A stretch of 64,000 bases of DNA from Takakia lepidozioides (lineage: Eukaryota; Plantae; Bryophyta): NCBI GenBank assembly GCA_030704615.1, contig CM060733.1, positions 42,470,001 to 42,534,000 on the forward strand. The letters run 5' to 3'. The position numbers were made by a program, and so were the translations under genes. The notes beneath the pieces were generated by a model. The model saw only the letters and a program-made list of their open reading frames with translations, did not search any database and was not told the DNA's origin. Shown here in pieces: positions 11,750 through 23,540 of the stretch (positions are counted from its first letter, which is position 1; every line of letters begins with the position of its first letter).

Positions 11750-12975
11750 GCTGGTGAATATCTATGCACCTAATAATTATGCTGACAGAGCAGAATTCTG
11801 GATCACTCTCAACACCAAAATGAGGGAACAACCTTCAATAGACAGCTGGATAGTTTCTAGAGATTTTAATATGGTGGAGATGCAAGAGGATAGAAGAGGT
11901 GCGGGGTCATTTACCTCGAACCCAGAAGAAATGGACCAGTGGTTCAACTGCTCGCAAACACATAACCTCACGGAAACAGTGCCAATCTTTGGACAGTCAT
12001 CAAACATCACCTTTACATGGTCCAATAACCGTTCTCTTGCAGATCTAAGTATGGCTCGTCTTGATAGGGCTTATCTTTCCCTTGACCTAGTTCAATATGC
12101 AAAGAGAGCCCCACAAGAACCAATACCCTTAAGCTTCGACCATGCTCCAATTACTCTCTCCATAACCTTACCGGATTCTTACAGAAGGGGTAGAGGCCTT
12201 TACAAAATAAATAACCTCCTCCTTAAGCTGCCAAGCTTCAAGCAGGGCCTGCTGAGGGCTTGGACTCAGGCGGGAAGTGACCTCCTGGACCCTACGCATC
12301 TCTTTCTGGCCAAGTTGAAGGCTGTCAACATTGAAAGTCAGAGGATGAGTCAAGAACTAGCAAGTATCAGAAAGAGAAAGGTCATGGCCTTAAATAAATG
12401 TGTTAGTCAAGATTAGAATCTACTCGTTGTGATGAAGATACATACCGTACGTATGTGGATAGGCCAGAAACAACCTTGATATTCATCACAAAATCCAAGA
12501 GAGGAAGTGGAAACTGCAGGCGGGTGTCAACTGGTCTACAAAAGGAGAAAAAATGAATAAATATTTTTTCGACAAAACAAGATTGAGACATGCCTCTCAA
12601 ACAATATCAGAGCTCATTGACTAGCCATCAGGCACTTCAACTTCTACACCAAAGACCATGCCCAAGTTGGTTGGCAGGCATTTCCATAATTTTTTTCATA
12701 GCGACCTCGACTTCCTGCAACCAACAGAAGAACAAACATTCTGCTTGATCCACACCCCTACCCTAATGTCCCACCACGTCGCTTCCCAATTAGAAGGAGA
12801 TTTCACAGATATAGAACTGGGTGAGGCTTTATCCAAACTATAGAACAACAAATCTCCGGGCATAGATGGTATATCCATGGAATTTTATAAAGCATTGTGG
12901 CCGGAAATCTCAAGGGATTTCACTGCAATGGCAAACCACTTGTTTCAACAGGGACACATGCCCCCCAAATGATGG
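11750..12975 (+). mobile_element. L1/Tx1-type LINE fragment (AP endonuclease and start of RT, degenerate)
   Basis: NIYAPN..WIVSRDFN..FTWSN..ARLDRAY..DHAPI in ORF 11754..12416, and KSPGIDGISMEFYKALW at ~12850-12900. Contains stops and frameshifts. Confidence 0.9.
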
Positions 12976-14844
12976 TCAAACTTCGGGCTCCCACATTGTC
13001 CCGCCCCGGCACTACAACAGATCCCGGCTTTAACGTCTGCCACATTTGCCCAGTCATAGCATATATGTCTACAAAATGCAAGGGGGCAGTCTTGGTTGCC
13101 ATTTGTGACCACCAGAAGTCGTATATGCCACCTTGTACCTCCACCACGACAGGATCTGTGGTCAAACACGTTTAACCAGATAGGGGAAGATGGTAGATAC
13201 GACTAGGAGTCATGGCCAAAACTGCAACAGGATGACGTGGGCATGGGAATGTATGACTGCCAGTATTCACAACTACACGTGGCAATTGCCGGTTGCCCAA
13301 GGAGTGTCTACGTGGACGATGCAAACATAAATGGATGAAACAGATGTAGGATGTGATTGCAAATGACGACGTGTAAATCTATCATTGCTCGCAGTGTTGG
13401 ACATTCAAGTGCATTGGATGCAAGTGCATCTAACGGATGCACACGATGCATGTTACTAACGTGTGGGCTTGGTGGAGAACAGAGACAAGTCCCGAACATG
13501 CGTATGAGAGGCGACCATGCAGGTTCTATGATGGTTGAAGCGGTGCACTGTATTTTTCGAAAATCGGCAACACAATTGAAAGACAAAGGCTTGAGAAAAG
13601 ACAAAACGATGCATTCAGTGGATACGCACCCTGGTGCAAAACACCGGCCACTCATTCACATTCACAATGATGCAAAATATGTGTAGACAAAAAGACCCAG
13701 CGGGTAGTTCAAGGCACCCAAAAACGAGTGGAGTTCGCTATACCGCAATCTGCAAATGCACTGGCCTATTCAGAATCATGGCACATTGTGTGCGCAATGA
13801 CTCTCAGTAAATTCACCTATGCATTTGATCCTCTTAGTGGTCTCCATCATATGTAAGGTTTTAGAGATTCAGTCTTCAACGTACATGCAGAAGAAGCATG
13901 TACGCATCAAAGTTGGAAATAGTTAGTAGCTAGAGAAACAGAATACATCTCTTAAAGTCACCCAATGCTATTCCTTCGACCAAGTGCATCCTAATTTCTA
14001 CCGAAGACTGCTATCCTAGTTGCAAGTGCTGGGATAGGAGATTACATGATGCCTTCACACACAAGAGCAGCAAACTTCATGACTGACATCCTGTCACATC
14101 TCCTCTACAGGGAGAACCCAATTGGACAGGGAAGATTAGTGATATGGTACCACGCCGCGTAGCCATATAGGTAGGGGTACCGACGCGGTGGGGCGTCCAG
14201 CAAAGCACGTTGCATCTCCTGTTGTAAAAGTTGTTCTTGGTCAGGTTCATCCACACCCCTCGTTTCAAGTGTAGGACTGGACGGTCCTTCCTCCCCATCC
14301 GAATCTTCATCATACATAATGTGAGCCTGCAATTTGCCGCACCAAAGCATGACTCGGCAGTGCAGATACATCAGTAAATGCGAAATGACATCAGCTGGTA
14401 TGCCTTGGGCCAGTTCAAATATTGTTCAGGAATGAAGCCATTTTTTGCTTCTTGGAATTGTGCTTGATTCATTCACTTCAGCAGTTCAACAATGCGCTTG
14501 GCTATTATCAATACCTATCCTTGCGGATCCAAGGTTGTCTTTGAGGTTCATCGTCGAACTCTAATCGCAACGTTAGTCTACTCTAGGATTGAAACGCCCC
14601 CGTTAATCTACTTACTTGAAGTGTTTCGGTGCATGTGTGGAGGTTAGGACACACATCACGCAATCGTGAAAACAGGTGTAGCCGTGCTTAGGACTACCAA
14701 CGGCATAAAGTGTAGTCACGACCATGACTACCCACTGCCCCATAGCCAACGTCTATGAGACACGTGTTTTGTTAGGCAGTCATGGTGCTCCTGACTGGCG
14801 GTGATTTCAAAAAATGGGACCCCATCTTGAGCAGAGACATCAAG

Positions 14845-15084
14845 TCAGAAGTGCATGTGGAGTAAGTATGGAGTGCGTACCAGAACTGTAGGGTACCTCA
14901 GGTTTGGGTCCCTGCGATGCATGAGGAGGTAATTCTTTACTGTCATGCGTAGTTGCCACTTGCCACCATGGCACTCTGAGCAACTACACAACATTTTCTT
15001 CCGGTTGTTTGTTGTGGCGTAGGCGTCCTCAAACCTCCACAGGTTGTGGTCTCGCAAGCTCATTCTCCGCCTATCCCCTGTCAC
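14845..15084 (-). mobile_element. CACTA/En-Spm transposase-associated domain fragment
   Basis: MLCSCSECHGGKWQLRMTVKNYLLMHRRDP matches the CxCxxC..V..HL...G.dp pattern. Confidence 0.55.
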
Positions 15085-16976
15085 ACTCGACCCCCCCCCC
15101 CCCTCTGTACATCTTGATCGTCGTGTTGCGTTTAGGGAGGTGATGTGCTCATGCGATGGTCAAGCACGTGGCCACTGCACCCATTACCGACTATGAGAGG
15201 CTAAGAGAAGCTAACATTGCTCGCATCAAGCTCGTTGAAGCGGAGCTGCTGAAAGACATAGCACAGTGAGTTCACTTTTGAACTATCAAAGTCACTCTTT
15301 CCGTAGAGGTTTGCAGCTTGCGGAGCTTGATTTCATGCAATGTAGGTAGCTTTGTGAGTTCCTAAGACACCATGAAGAGGATGAGATGAGTGCGAGCGCA
15401 GTGTAGGTTATGCTTGCATGGTGGAGTGGGCGGGAGATCACCGCATGTCGCGGGTCGTGAAAGTGGCTACACTTTTAGGGTTGAGGGGTGCATTAGTTCG
15501 TCATCTCCTCCATTATGTTTTCTTTGTCATGTTACACTCAGGGAACTAGTGGTTGGGTTAGGGTTTACAACACCTTCCATGGGGGGTCGAATGCAGGATT
15601 GTGGGAGAGAAGCCAAAGCGTACAAGATGACGGCCACCAGCTCGCCCCTCTGGTCCCCCAAGACGCAGTGGAAGAATAGAGTCCATGCCCCCCCCCCCCC
15701 ACACACGGAGATATGCAATTGATGATGACGATTAGGACGACCTCTGTGTGCCTGCGATAGAGCACATCGGGGACTCCGACGAAGACATGTCCGGCGGTGA
15801 ACCCGCCCCAGCCACCATCTCGCACAAATGCCCAGCAGCTACGGAGTCTCCAACTGTAAGTACCCAGCTCAGTGTAGGTCATGTGTGAGTATCCAGCCAG
15901 ATAGAAAAACTGCCCGTCCACAGTTGCATTGCCCCAATGTTGCATTGCCCCCATTTTGAAAGTACTTGCCAAGCACTTTATGGATGGAAGGAAATGAAAT
16001 GAAATGAAATGGTGCTTTATAACGTCCGCGGAAAGCTCATAGAGCTTGTGGGACAAAATAGAAGAAAACATGAGAGAGGAACAAATCCAGAAACCACAAT
16101 TAATGCTCACGTGATTGTCTAAGGGTGAAGGCCTCGTGCAGGTAGGTTGCCAAGCATTTTTTATCCTCATAGTGGAAGACATCAGTGAGAGTTTGGGTTC
16201 CACTGAATAAAGTAAAAAAAGTATGACGCCTCCCAAAGGGAGCGTAACCACATCTAACGTGGTATGTGCCCATTACCACTGGGTTGTTGGTTGTCTGGAA
16301 AGGAAGAATACATACCCCATTACAAGGGGGCAAACATAGTGCATGAGAATATGGTGGTTGCATTTGCCAAAAAGAAGCAATTGAATTGACCTCTTCAGCA
16401 TTCCAGGGGGAAGAGGCATTGATAGCATGCCAAAAGAGGGTGAAAGCCAACCATTCCCTAAAACCATGCACCGGACGCGCAACAAGAGTGAGGCCTATTA
16501 CATTTGGTCGATTTTCTGCCCAACACCTGCATGACTTCTTGGTAAATGGCACCTGATTTCTATTTTGTCATTGTATGATCCTCATTACCAATGTGCTTCC
16601 CTGGTGGTTGTGCGAGGGCTGAGTTTTTGTCAATTGTCTAGGGTGAGTTTTGACCAGCATTGTGTTGTGTGTTGCACAGGCGAGGAAGAAGCGTGCAGCG
16701 ATTGGTGGATCCAGCGCTGCCACACATGGCAGCCCATCGGGGCATGGTTTGCTGAAACAGGTGAACCCTCCTGTTGGCAAGACTCCACCCTCCAAAAATA
16801 CCCCCAACCCCCATCTGGTTATGCAGAGCAGGCCTATGGCCATTCTCCACCCCCTCATCCTCTTTTCAGTAGCTGCCTCATAGCTACCCTCAACCTGTAG
16901 TGCAACCGCCATACCCACCCTATGCCCCTTACCCTGGGCCCATGTCACATCTCCCCAGCTCCAGTCACAGCCCCCA

Positions 16977-17560
16977 GTGGATGAAGTCCCTAGTGATGTC
17001 CCCGAGCCCCCGATTGAAATGTCCAAGAAGGACAGAGCCAATGCACCGCGGCGTCAGAACCGGAGAGCAAAGACAACGGCAACAAAGGTGAAAGTGGAGC
17101 GGGAGCAGCTCGGCCTTCCCTTGCAGATCGTTGGTGTCAACAAGTTTGGGGAGCCAGTAGGCCCTTCTCGCAATTCTTGGCATGCAGCCCTTAAAGGGCA
17201 GATGTTTCGATTGTGTGACTTATCATTGGCCATTCAAGATCAGGATGAGGAGGACATTAAGGCAGTCCGGCACGTGCTGGCGTCCACTTTTTCATACACT
17301 CCACGCAGTCTGGACTATGAGCACATGCGACACACCATTGGCAAAGCTTTGAAGACACAACGAAGTGAACTGTATGCAAAGTTCAAGGCAGGGGAGGTGG
17401 ACCTTTGTATGTGGACGAAGGGCAATGGACCAGGCTTGTTGCATACTGGTCAACCCCAAATTTCAGCACCGTATCAGCCAAGATGAAGAAGGCAAATTCG
17501 TGTATACAGAATCCATCAAAAACTGGTCGTGGTGGGAAGGCATCTGTGGAGGCACGTCTG
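16977..17560 (+). mobile_element. CACTA/En-Spm TnpA (Ptta-like) fragment, frameshifted
   Basis: VNKFGEPVGP..IGKALKTQRSELY.., followed in a shifted frame by VDEGQWTRLVAYW, resembling plant CACTA ORF2 proteins. Confidence 0.55.
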
Positions 17561-18167
17561 GTAAGTTATTGATCACACCCCCTGGCACAAACTATTGCTA
17601 AGGTACTTCAACAGTATGATATGTGGCATCAATTCTTCAACCAAACCTGCAATTTGATTTATTTCTTCAACCCGACTGGTTGATTAATTGGTTTACTGAC
17701 TGATTGATGGTTGATTGGTTTACCGATTGATTTAATTCTTCAACACGACTGGTTTGTCTTCCCGCTCCGAGTTTAAAAATCAGCCAATTACCTAGGGTAG
17801 CTAGGCCCTTCAGGCCATCCTTAAGGTCCTCGCCTTTGTTAGACCGACAAGTTCAAGGAAGTTTAATGCGCAACCTGATTTGCTAGGACATTTTATGTGC
17901 TTCCAACTTGCCCTTAGCCACTTCAGCCTCCAAATCAGCTTCATGTACCATGCTCAGTGCTTCCTGCCTAATATTTGTTTCATTGAGAATCTTTTTTGCC
18001 CGATATTGCCAGTACTTGATTTGTTTAAGCGGATGGTCTTTCTTCTGCGAAATAGAGTGGATCATCTTAAGGTATTTGGTATTTCAGTTGGCGCTCGCAT
18101 CTAACCCAAATGTCAGGATACTTTACAACGTCCTTGGAAAGCTCAAAGAGCTTGTGGGACAGCAGAA

Positions 18168-19327
18168 GGGGGGCTGCTATTTCATGAGCGGCATGAGCAT
18201 GAGCGGAAAAAAAAAAAGCATGAGCGGGCCGAATTGTGTCCACGGAAATAGGGTTAGGAGGCACGGAAATAGGGTCATGTGGACTCGTCATAGCAATGAA
18301 ATGCAACATTTTATTGCAAATTTGGTGGCAAGCCACGTCTATACAAGTGTGTCCTAACTGTCATAGCAGGAATGGGAACTACTCTCCTACACCTTCCGAG
18401 GAACTTGGCCCTCCTTCTTCCTCATCCCCCCCATCCTCCGAGCTCTGTGATGCATCGGTTGCAGTATGCCTCTCAAAAATGCCATCCTCTCCTTGGGGAC
18501 TGTCCACCTCACCTCCTGGGAAAATTCTGCCTCTTCTCCCCCACTTTCCTCAGCAGAATCCAACACAAATCTACGAGCCCGACGGGCTCTAATAGCTGCT
18601 GCCTCCTCCCTCATCTTCATTTTCTTGAGGCTTGCCTCGTCTAAAATCTGCTGTACACGACTAGGTTCGGAACACCTCCTAATGGACACCGAAGCAAGTC
18701 GGGCAGCATAAGTAGGAAGGATGTAGTCCCTTTTTGGACTAGGCATGAAATCCCCCCTGGCAAAAAAAGGCACGTTCCTCCTGCCCATGAACTCCGGTGT
18801 AGACGTCATTCCTGCCGTACTTGGCATCCTACAATAAGAACAAATCCACTTCTAGAATGTCAATACCAGCAGAAGCAGAAAGGGTTTTCAATGAAATAAG
18901 AGAGCGAAGGGAGGTGCCTCACGAAATCTGGAGGCAACTTACAATGCGACCACTCACTCGTACACCGGGGGCTCCTCGGCCTCGATCCCAACTTGTTCCT
19001 CCCCCTGCTCCTTCTCGGATTTTTCCTCATCCTCCGAGGATGCCTCTTCCTTTTTCGGCAGATGTTCAGCCGCTGCAAGTTCCGAGTTGTGGAGGGCAGT
19101 ATCTGGCTCGAAGGCGAACACATGCCTGTCGGACAACGTCCCTGCCCACATTGAAGCACCTGAGGAACAAAGCGGGCGGTTAATAGCTTGTGGCATGCAA
19201 TTGCAATCGGGCCAGGGGACAAACTGAGCACGTGAAGGCTTACCCGTGCTGCATGTGAGGTCCAGAATCCGCCCTTGGACATCCGAGCACGTCTCCATGA
19301 GGGTTTGGGTGAAAGCAGGGCTCCGGG
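18168..19327 (-). pseudogene. Second, 5'-truncated copy of the methyltransferase 3' exons plus element terminus (inverted copy of ~59644-60812)
   Basis: High identity to 59644-60812 in reverse complement. Retains ILDLTCSTG|ASMWAGTLSDRHVFAFEPD with an intact GT..AG intron. Ends at the same GGGGGGCTGCTATTTCATGAGC boundary. Confidence 0.85.
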
Positions 19328-20182
19328 GCTTAGCTAGCTTAGGAATCCGATTGCAAAAACTTGTATTGTACAAAACGTGCTATAAATGAAATGGCTTCCA
19401 AATGTTGTGCGTCCTATTTTGTTTGGAATGGTGATGCATGGTATGGTTGGCTAGTGTATAAAATGCATGCTAGCTTATAAAAGTGGGAGAGGTAAATTGG
19501 GTTAATCGTGTGTTTGCGTAGTGCCGAAATCGGGTGACCTCCATCCAAGGGGCAAGGAAACTTGCGCCTTCTTTGGGAGTTCACGTGCTAGTGCGCACCT
19601 GGCGCGTGCGCGTACTATAACTGCGCTACCGAGGGGGTTGCCTTGTAGTGCGGGCTAACGCAGAAGCTACGTGCTTCCATTCACGTACTATAATCGTGTA
19701 GCCTCGGGACGAAGTCGTAGTGCGGCTTCGGCGTGTTCCCGTACCTCAGGCCAGCATTCCAAGGCGGACCCAATTGTAGTGATTGGGGCGCACGGTTGAT
19801 TCAAGGTTATCTTCCTAGTCAAAGAGGGTTCCAGGGAACCCTTGCTCAAGGTGATGCCAAAAGCGGCATCATGAGCGGTCGCAAGCAATGTTGTTGAAGT
19901 AAGGCGATTCGATCCTCGGGGAGGATCGTTCCTTGGCCTTGAAGTAGGCCAAGAAGAGTGCGCTGGGAGGAGCTGGAGAGGCTCCACCCTTGGCCGGGAC
20001 TTGGAGGAAGTCGGCCGAACTAGCTAGTGGAGAGTAGAGTCAAGTGTGGGGTTTGGTTCTTTGCCATGGGACGCCATGGTACGGAAACAAACTCCTTGAT
20101 GTGGGATGCCACAACTTGGATGTTCGTTTCTATAAAATGGACAAATCGATGAGGACATCGACTCCCTGTTGGTAGGGGTGTG

Positions 20183-20909
20183 TGTCGCGGCCCTTTGCCT
20201 TGAGGGCAGGGGGTCGGGACACATGAGGGGCTGCCCCTGTGGTGGGGGCAGTGGCAGCCATAGGTATGGGGGGCTGGAGCACCCTTGAGTGCCCAAGGCA
20301 CTCAAGGAGGCGGAGGCGCTCACTAGGTGGAGCCCCGCACACCAGGTTGCGGTGGGGGTGGCTCCACAAGGGGTGGTGGTAGCTTAGCGGGACTTAGTGG
20401 GGGTAGCATAGGACTCACCATGGGGGCGGAGACCTCGTGGTGGGAGTCGTGGGGAGTCTTGGGACTCATCACGGTCCATAGGGGCCGTGGTGAGTGGGCC
20501 AAGACTCACCGCGACTCATCACCGGGAGTCGAGGGTTTTCGTGGTGGTTCGCCATAAAATGGCATGGCTGGTTGTGAAACCCCCGCGGACAGCTATAGAA
20601 GTATATATAAGGGGAGTAGTGACCCCGAGAACGGTGCAAGCCCGTTGGTGACAAAAACTAATGAGTAAGCGAGCGAGCCGGAAAGCGACCAAAGAGTGGG
20701 GAGCTGTTCCGGACTGCCATCTACCAAAGGGAATTCCACTAGGCCCAAATAGGTGGAGGGTTTAGTGGGAGAGCGAAGGGGGACCGTTATGTCCCGGTGA
20801 GCAGCCGAAGCTCCAAGTTGGCCCGGCGGCCAGGTTGGGAGTCAGGCGCGCACATCAAAGCGAGTAACTATGACTTGAAGGGGAGCTTACCGAAGTGAGG
20901 TGCGTGACA
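20183..20909 (+). mobile_element. 3' LTR of a Gypsy-type retrotransposon (truncated internal region ~19330-20182)
   Basis: TGTCGCGG...CGTGACA termini, preceded by a PPT-like GAGGAC..GGTAGGGGTGTG tract. TATA (gtatatataagggg) at ~20601. Same family as 55660-56309. Confidence 0.85.
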
Positions 20910-21300
20910 GAGATGATTCTGAAGACAAAAATGTAGGATATGAGTGATGTTGATATGTTCTAAAGTGCAATTGTAAAGATATGCAAATGACTAAAGTGTA
21001 TGACTGAAACTGTTTCACCGTAAATACAGGATAACAGAAACCTATCTCTTATGGAAGAGAAAACACACACTAGAGAACAAAACTAGCAGCAAAGGCAAGA
21101 CTAGATAGACAGTCTAAACAATATAACTGTAAGGTACAACAACACAAAAGAGAAAGTGGTACAAAACATATTTATATGCAGAACACTAGCAAATCTTTAT
21201 AAGCCCCAGACTAGTTTCGCTCAAAACCTGAGCTCTTCAGTGGGAAGAAAGAAATGGAGTGAAGTACAATGAGCTTCACGCCAGCTTATATACTGTCGAA
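20910..21300 (-). mobile_element. Inverted PLE pseudo-LTR fragment (TATA + hammerhead), cut by the LTR at 20909
   Basis: Similar to 31560-31985. Minus-strand AGTATATAAGC at ~21285, hammerhead at 21204-21245. Confidence 0.8.
21204..21245 (-). ncRNA. Minimal hammerhead ribozyme
   Basis: Minus strand TCCCA-CTGAAGA-GCTCA(GGTTT)TGAGC-GAAA-CTA-GTC^-TGGGG, with a canonical GUC cleavage triplet and palindromic ACTAGT stem III. Confidence 0.9.
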
Positions 21301-21477
21301 GGATTTTAATATATTGTCAACAGTTGCTTTGAGACGTTGCAATCTCTTAAAATCCTTCTTGTATTGTATGAAAGAATTGTCCAGTAACTTTTGAGCAGCC
21401 TCCACAAAGGTAGGAGTGTGATCCCGTTTGTTGAAAAACATGCCCACTCGTGGTCTCGAAGAAGAACACTCCCGAAT

Positions 21478-23036
21478 TGTGTACAGCTTCCTGCTTTAGA
21501 AAGTATCATTGCAGACGGTCACGACATTGTAAAGGCTCGCTTCAAGGATGTGGTTCGCTCTACCTTCAAGTCCTCTATTCGAGGTCATCTCAAGACCGCA
21601 ATGCGTGCTCTGACTACAGATGACTCCATCGTCATCAATCCCGCGGACAAAAATCTTGGGTTGGTGATCATGCGTAAGGATTGGTATATGGATGAGGCAC
21701 ACCGCCAACTCCACGATGGACATGTTTATGAATCTGTGGCAGAGATTCCATGGGACAATCTCATTTATGATTTGGATGCAGTGCTCACTTCTGCTTTTAT
21801 GCGGGGATTAATCGACAAGCAGGAAAATGATTTTTTGGCTTTCAAGCCCCAAGGGGGCTACCGACCCTGCATGTTCTATCTTGTGCCCAAAATGCACAAA
21901 CCTGTGGTGGTTGGACCAATTTGTTCGTACAATGGGTACCTTTTTGAGCACGCATCCAAGTGGTTACATTACCATTTGTTTCCTATTTTGCTTCAGGAAC
22001 GTAATCATTTGATAGATTCAATTTCTTTGTTGAAAAATCTGTCGAGTAGACAACTTCCTCGAGATGTGCTTCTATTCACCTTTGATGTGGAGTCATTGTA
22101 CCCTAGCATTCCTACTGGGGATGGGCTTCGACGATTGACGGACATGATTACCGGCAAGCTCAAGTCACCCCGGTTTGAATGAGACTCGTCATGAGTCTTT
22201 CTCACATGGTCTTGGAGAACAACTATCTTCAATTTGGCTCGAGCTATTGGCATCAAATCCAAGGCACTGCAGTGGGTAGCAATTTTGCTGTTGTGTATGC
22301 TTGTCTCTTTCTTTGCAGCTTAGAAAGAGAGTTGGCTTGTGCAGCAGCAAGAGGTATATGGTCTTTGTACTACAAGAGATACATCGATGACGGATTTGGA
22401 ATCTGGGAAGGATCTCGGGCAAGTTTGGAGACTTGGCTCGATCGATACAACTTTCTCAGTCCCACAATTCGCATTCAAAGGGTGATCTCTGACTCTACTG
22501 TTGACATTCTTGATATTCAATTCTTCAAGGGAGCTGATTTTGTCAATAGTGGGATTCTATCTTCGAGATGTCATCAGAAGGCACTCAACAGATATCAGTA
22601 CTTGCCATGGACGTCCTGTCATCCGCGACACCAAAAATGAGCATTCATCATTGGTGAGCTACGCCGATACACTTCGAGAGAAAGCACATGTGCAGGTTTT
22701 TCAGAGATCAGACGACTGGTCTATGAATGACTGCGTGCTCGAGGCTATCCAAAGTCTTTTATCTTAGAGTGTTTTAGTCTATGTGACTACGGACAACGTG
22801 CTACACTGTTAGCTTCAGAATCCACTCGTAAGTTGACGGGCAAGCGGGCCCCCTTGGTTCTGAAACTTGAGCATTCGCGTTATACTCAAGCTCTAAGCTT
22901 TGAGGGAGTCCTAAACCCTAAACTTCATGTGGGTTTTTTGAAAGTTCCGCAGTTAGCGTCCTTTGACAGACCTATTGTTTGTTGGAAAAAAACGAGGAAT
23001 TTACGTTCATACTTAGTTCGTGCTAAGTTACAGTAG
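21478..23036 (+). mobile_element. Endonuclease-less Penelope-like element RT, 5'-truncated and degenerate
   Basis: INPADKNLG, FTFDVESLYPSI, QIQGTAVGSNFAVVYA, YKRYIDDGFGIW and HQKALNRYQYLPW. Ends PIVCWKKTRNLRSYLVRAKLQ* with no GIY-YIG domain. Stops at 22180 and 22638. Confidence 0.93.
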
Positions 23037-23540
23037 AGTCAATTATATTAAAGGAGGTATTCTTGGCTTGCAGGCATAAGTTGGAAAAAGACCTTATTTT
23101 TTTTTAGAAAAGAGAGATTCTTGGCTTACAGGCTTAAGTTGGAAAAAGAACTTTTTCTTTTCTAGAAAAAGACCTTTTCTCGGCTAAAAGATACTTTTAG
23201 TTGTCTTTTTATCTTATGCACTTTTTGAGACATCACTTATTCAACAATATAAGGTTTGCATTTGAAACTTGGGTTTTTAAGTCAGCGTTGCAGACATGGA
23301 GCAGTGAGGATGATGACTTGTCTCTTCACTACATCTCAATTTATGGCTGCATACTGATTGACTGTAATGGCGCCACAGCCTGCTAAGAGGACAGCATATT
23401 CAAGCCTGGGAGCAGACCGAGTCTTCTCTCCTGTGGAGAGGGAGCTTGTTTCTGACATTGTGAGTTTCTGGCCCTGATCTGAAAGTTCTATGTGCATGTG
23501 ACAGAAATATATCAACAAAAAAAGCATATGAGAAGACTCC

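Noticed and set aside
12980-16900. Numerous short ORFs including the 228-aa 15565..16251
   Set aside because: No recognisable motifs apart from the CACTA pieces listed. Likely decayed CACTA internal sequence.
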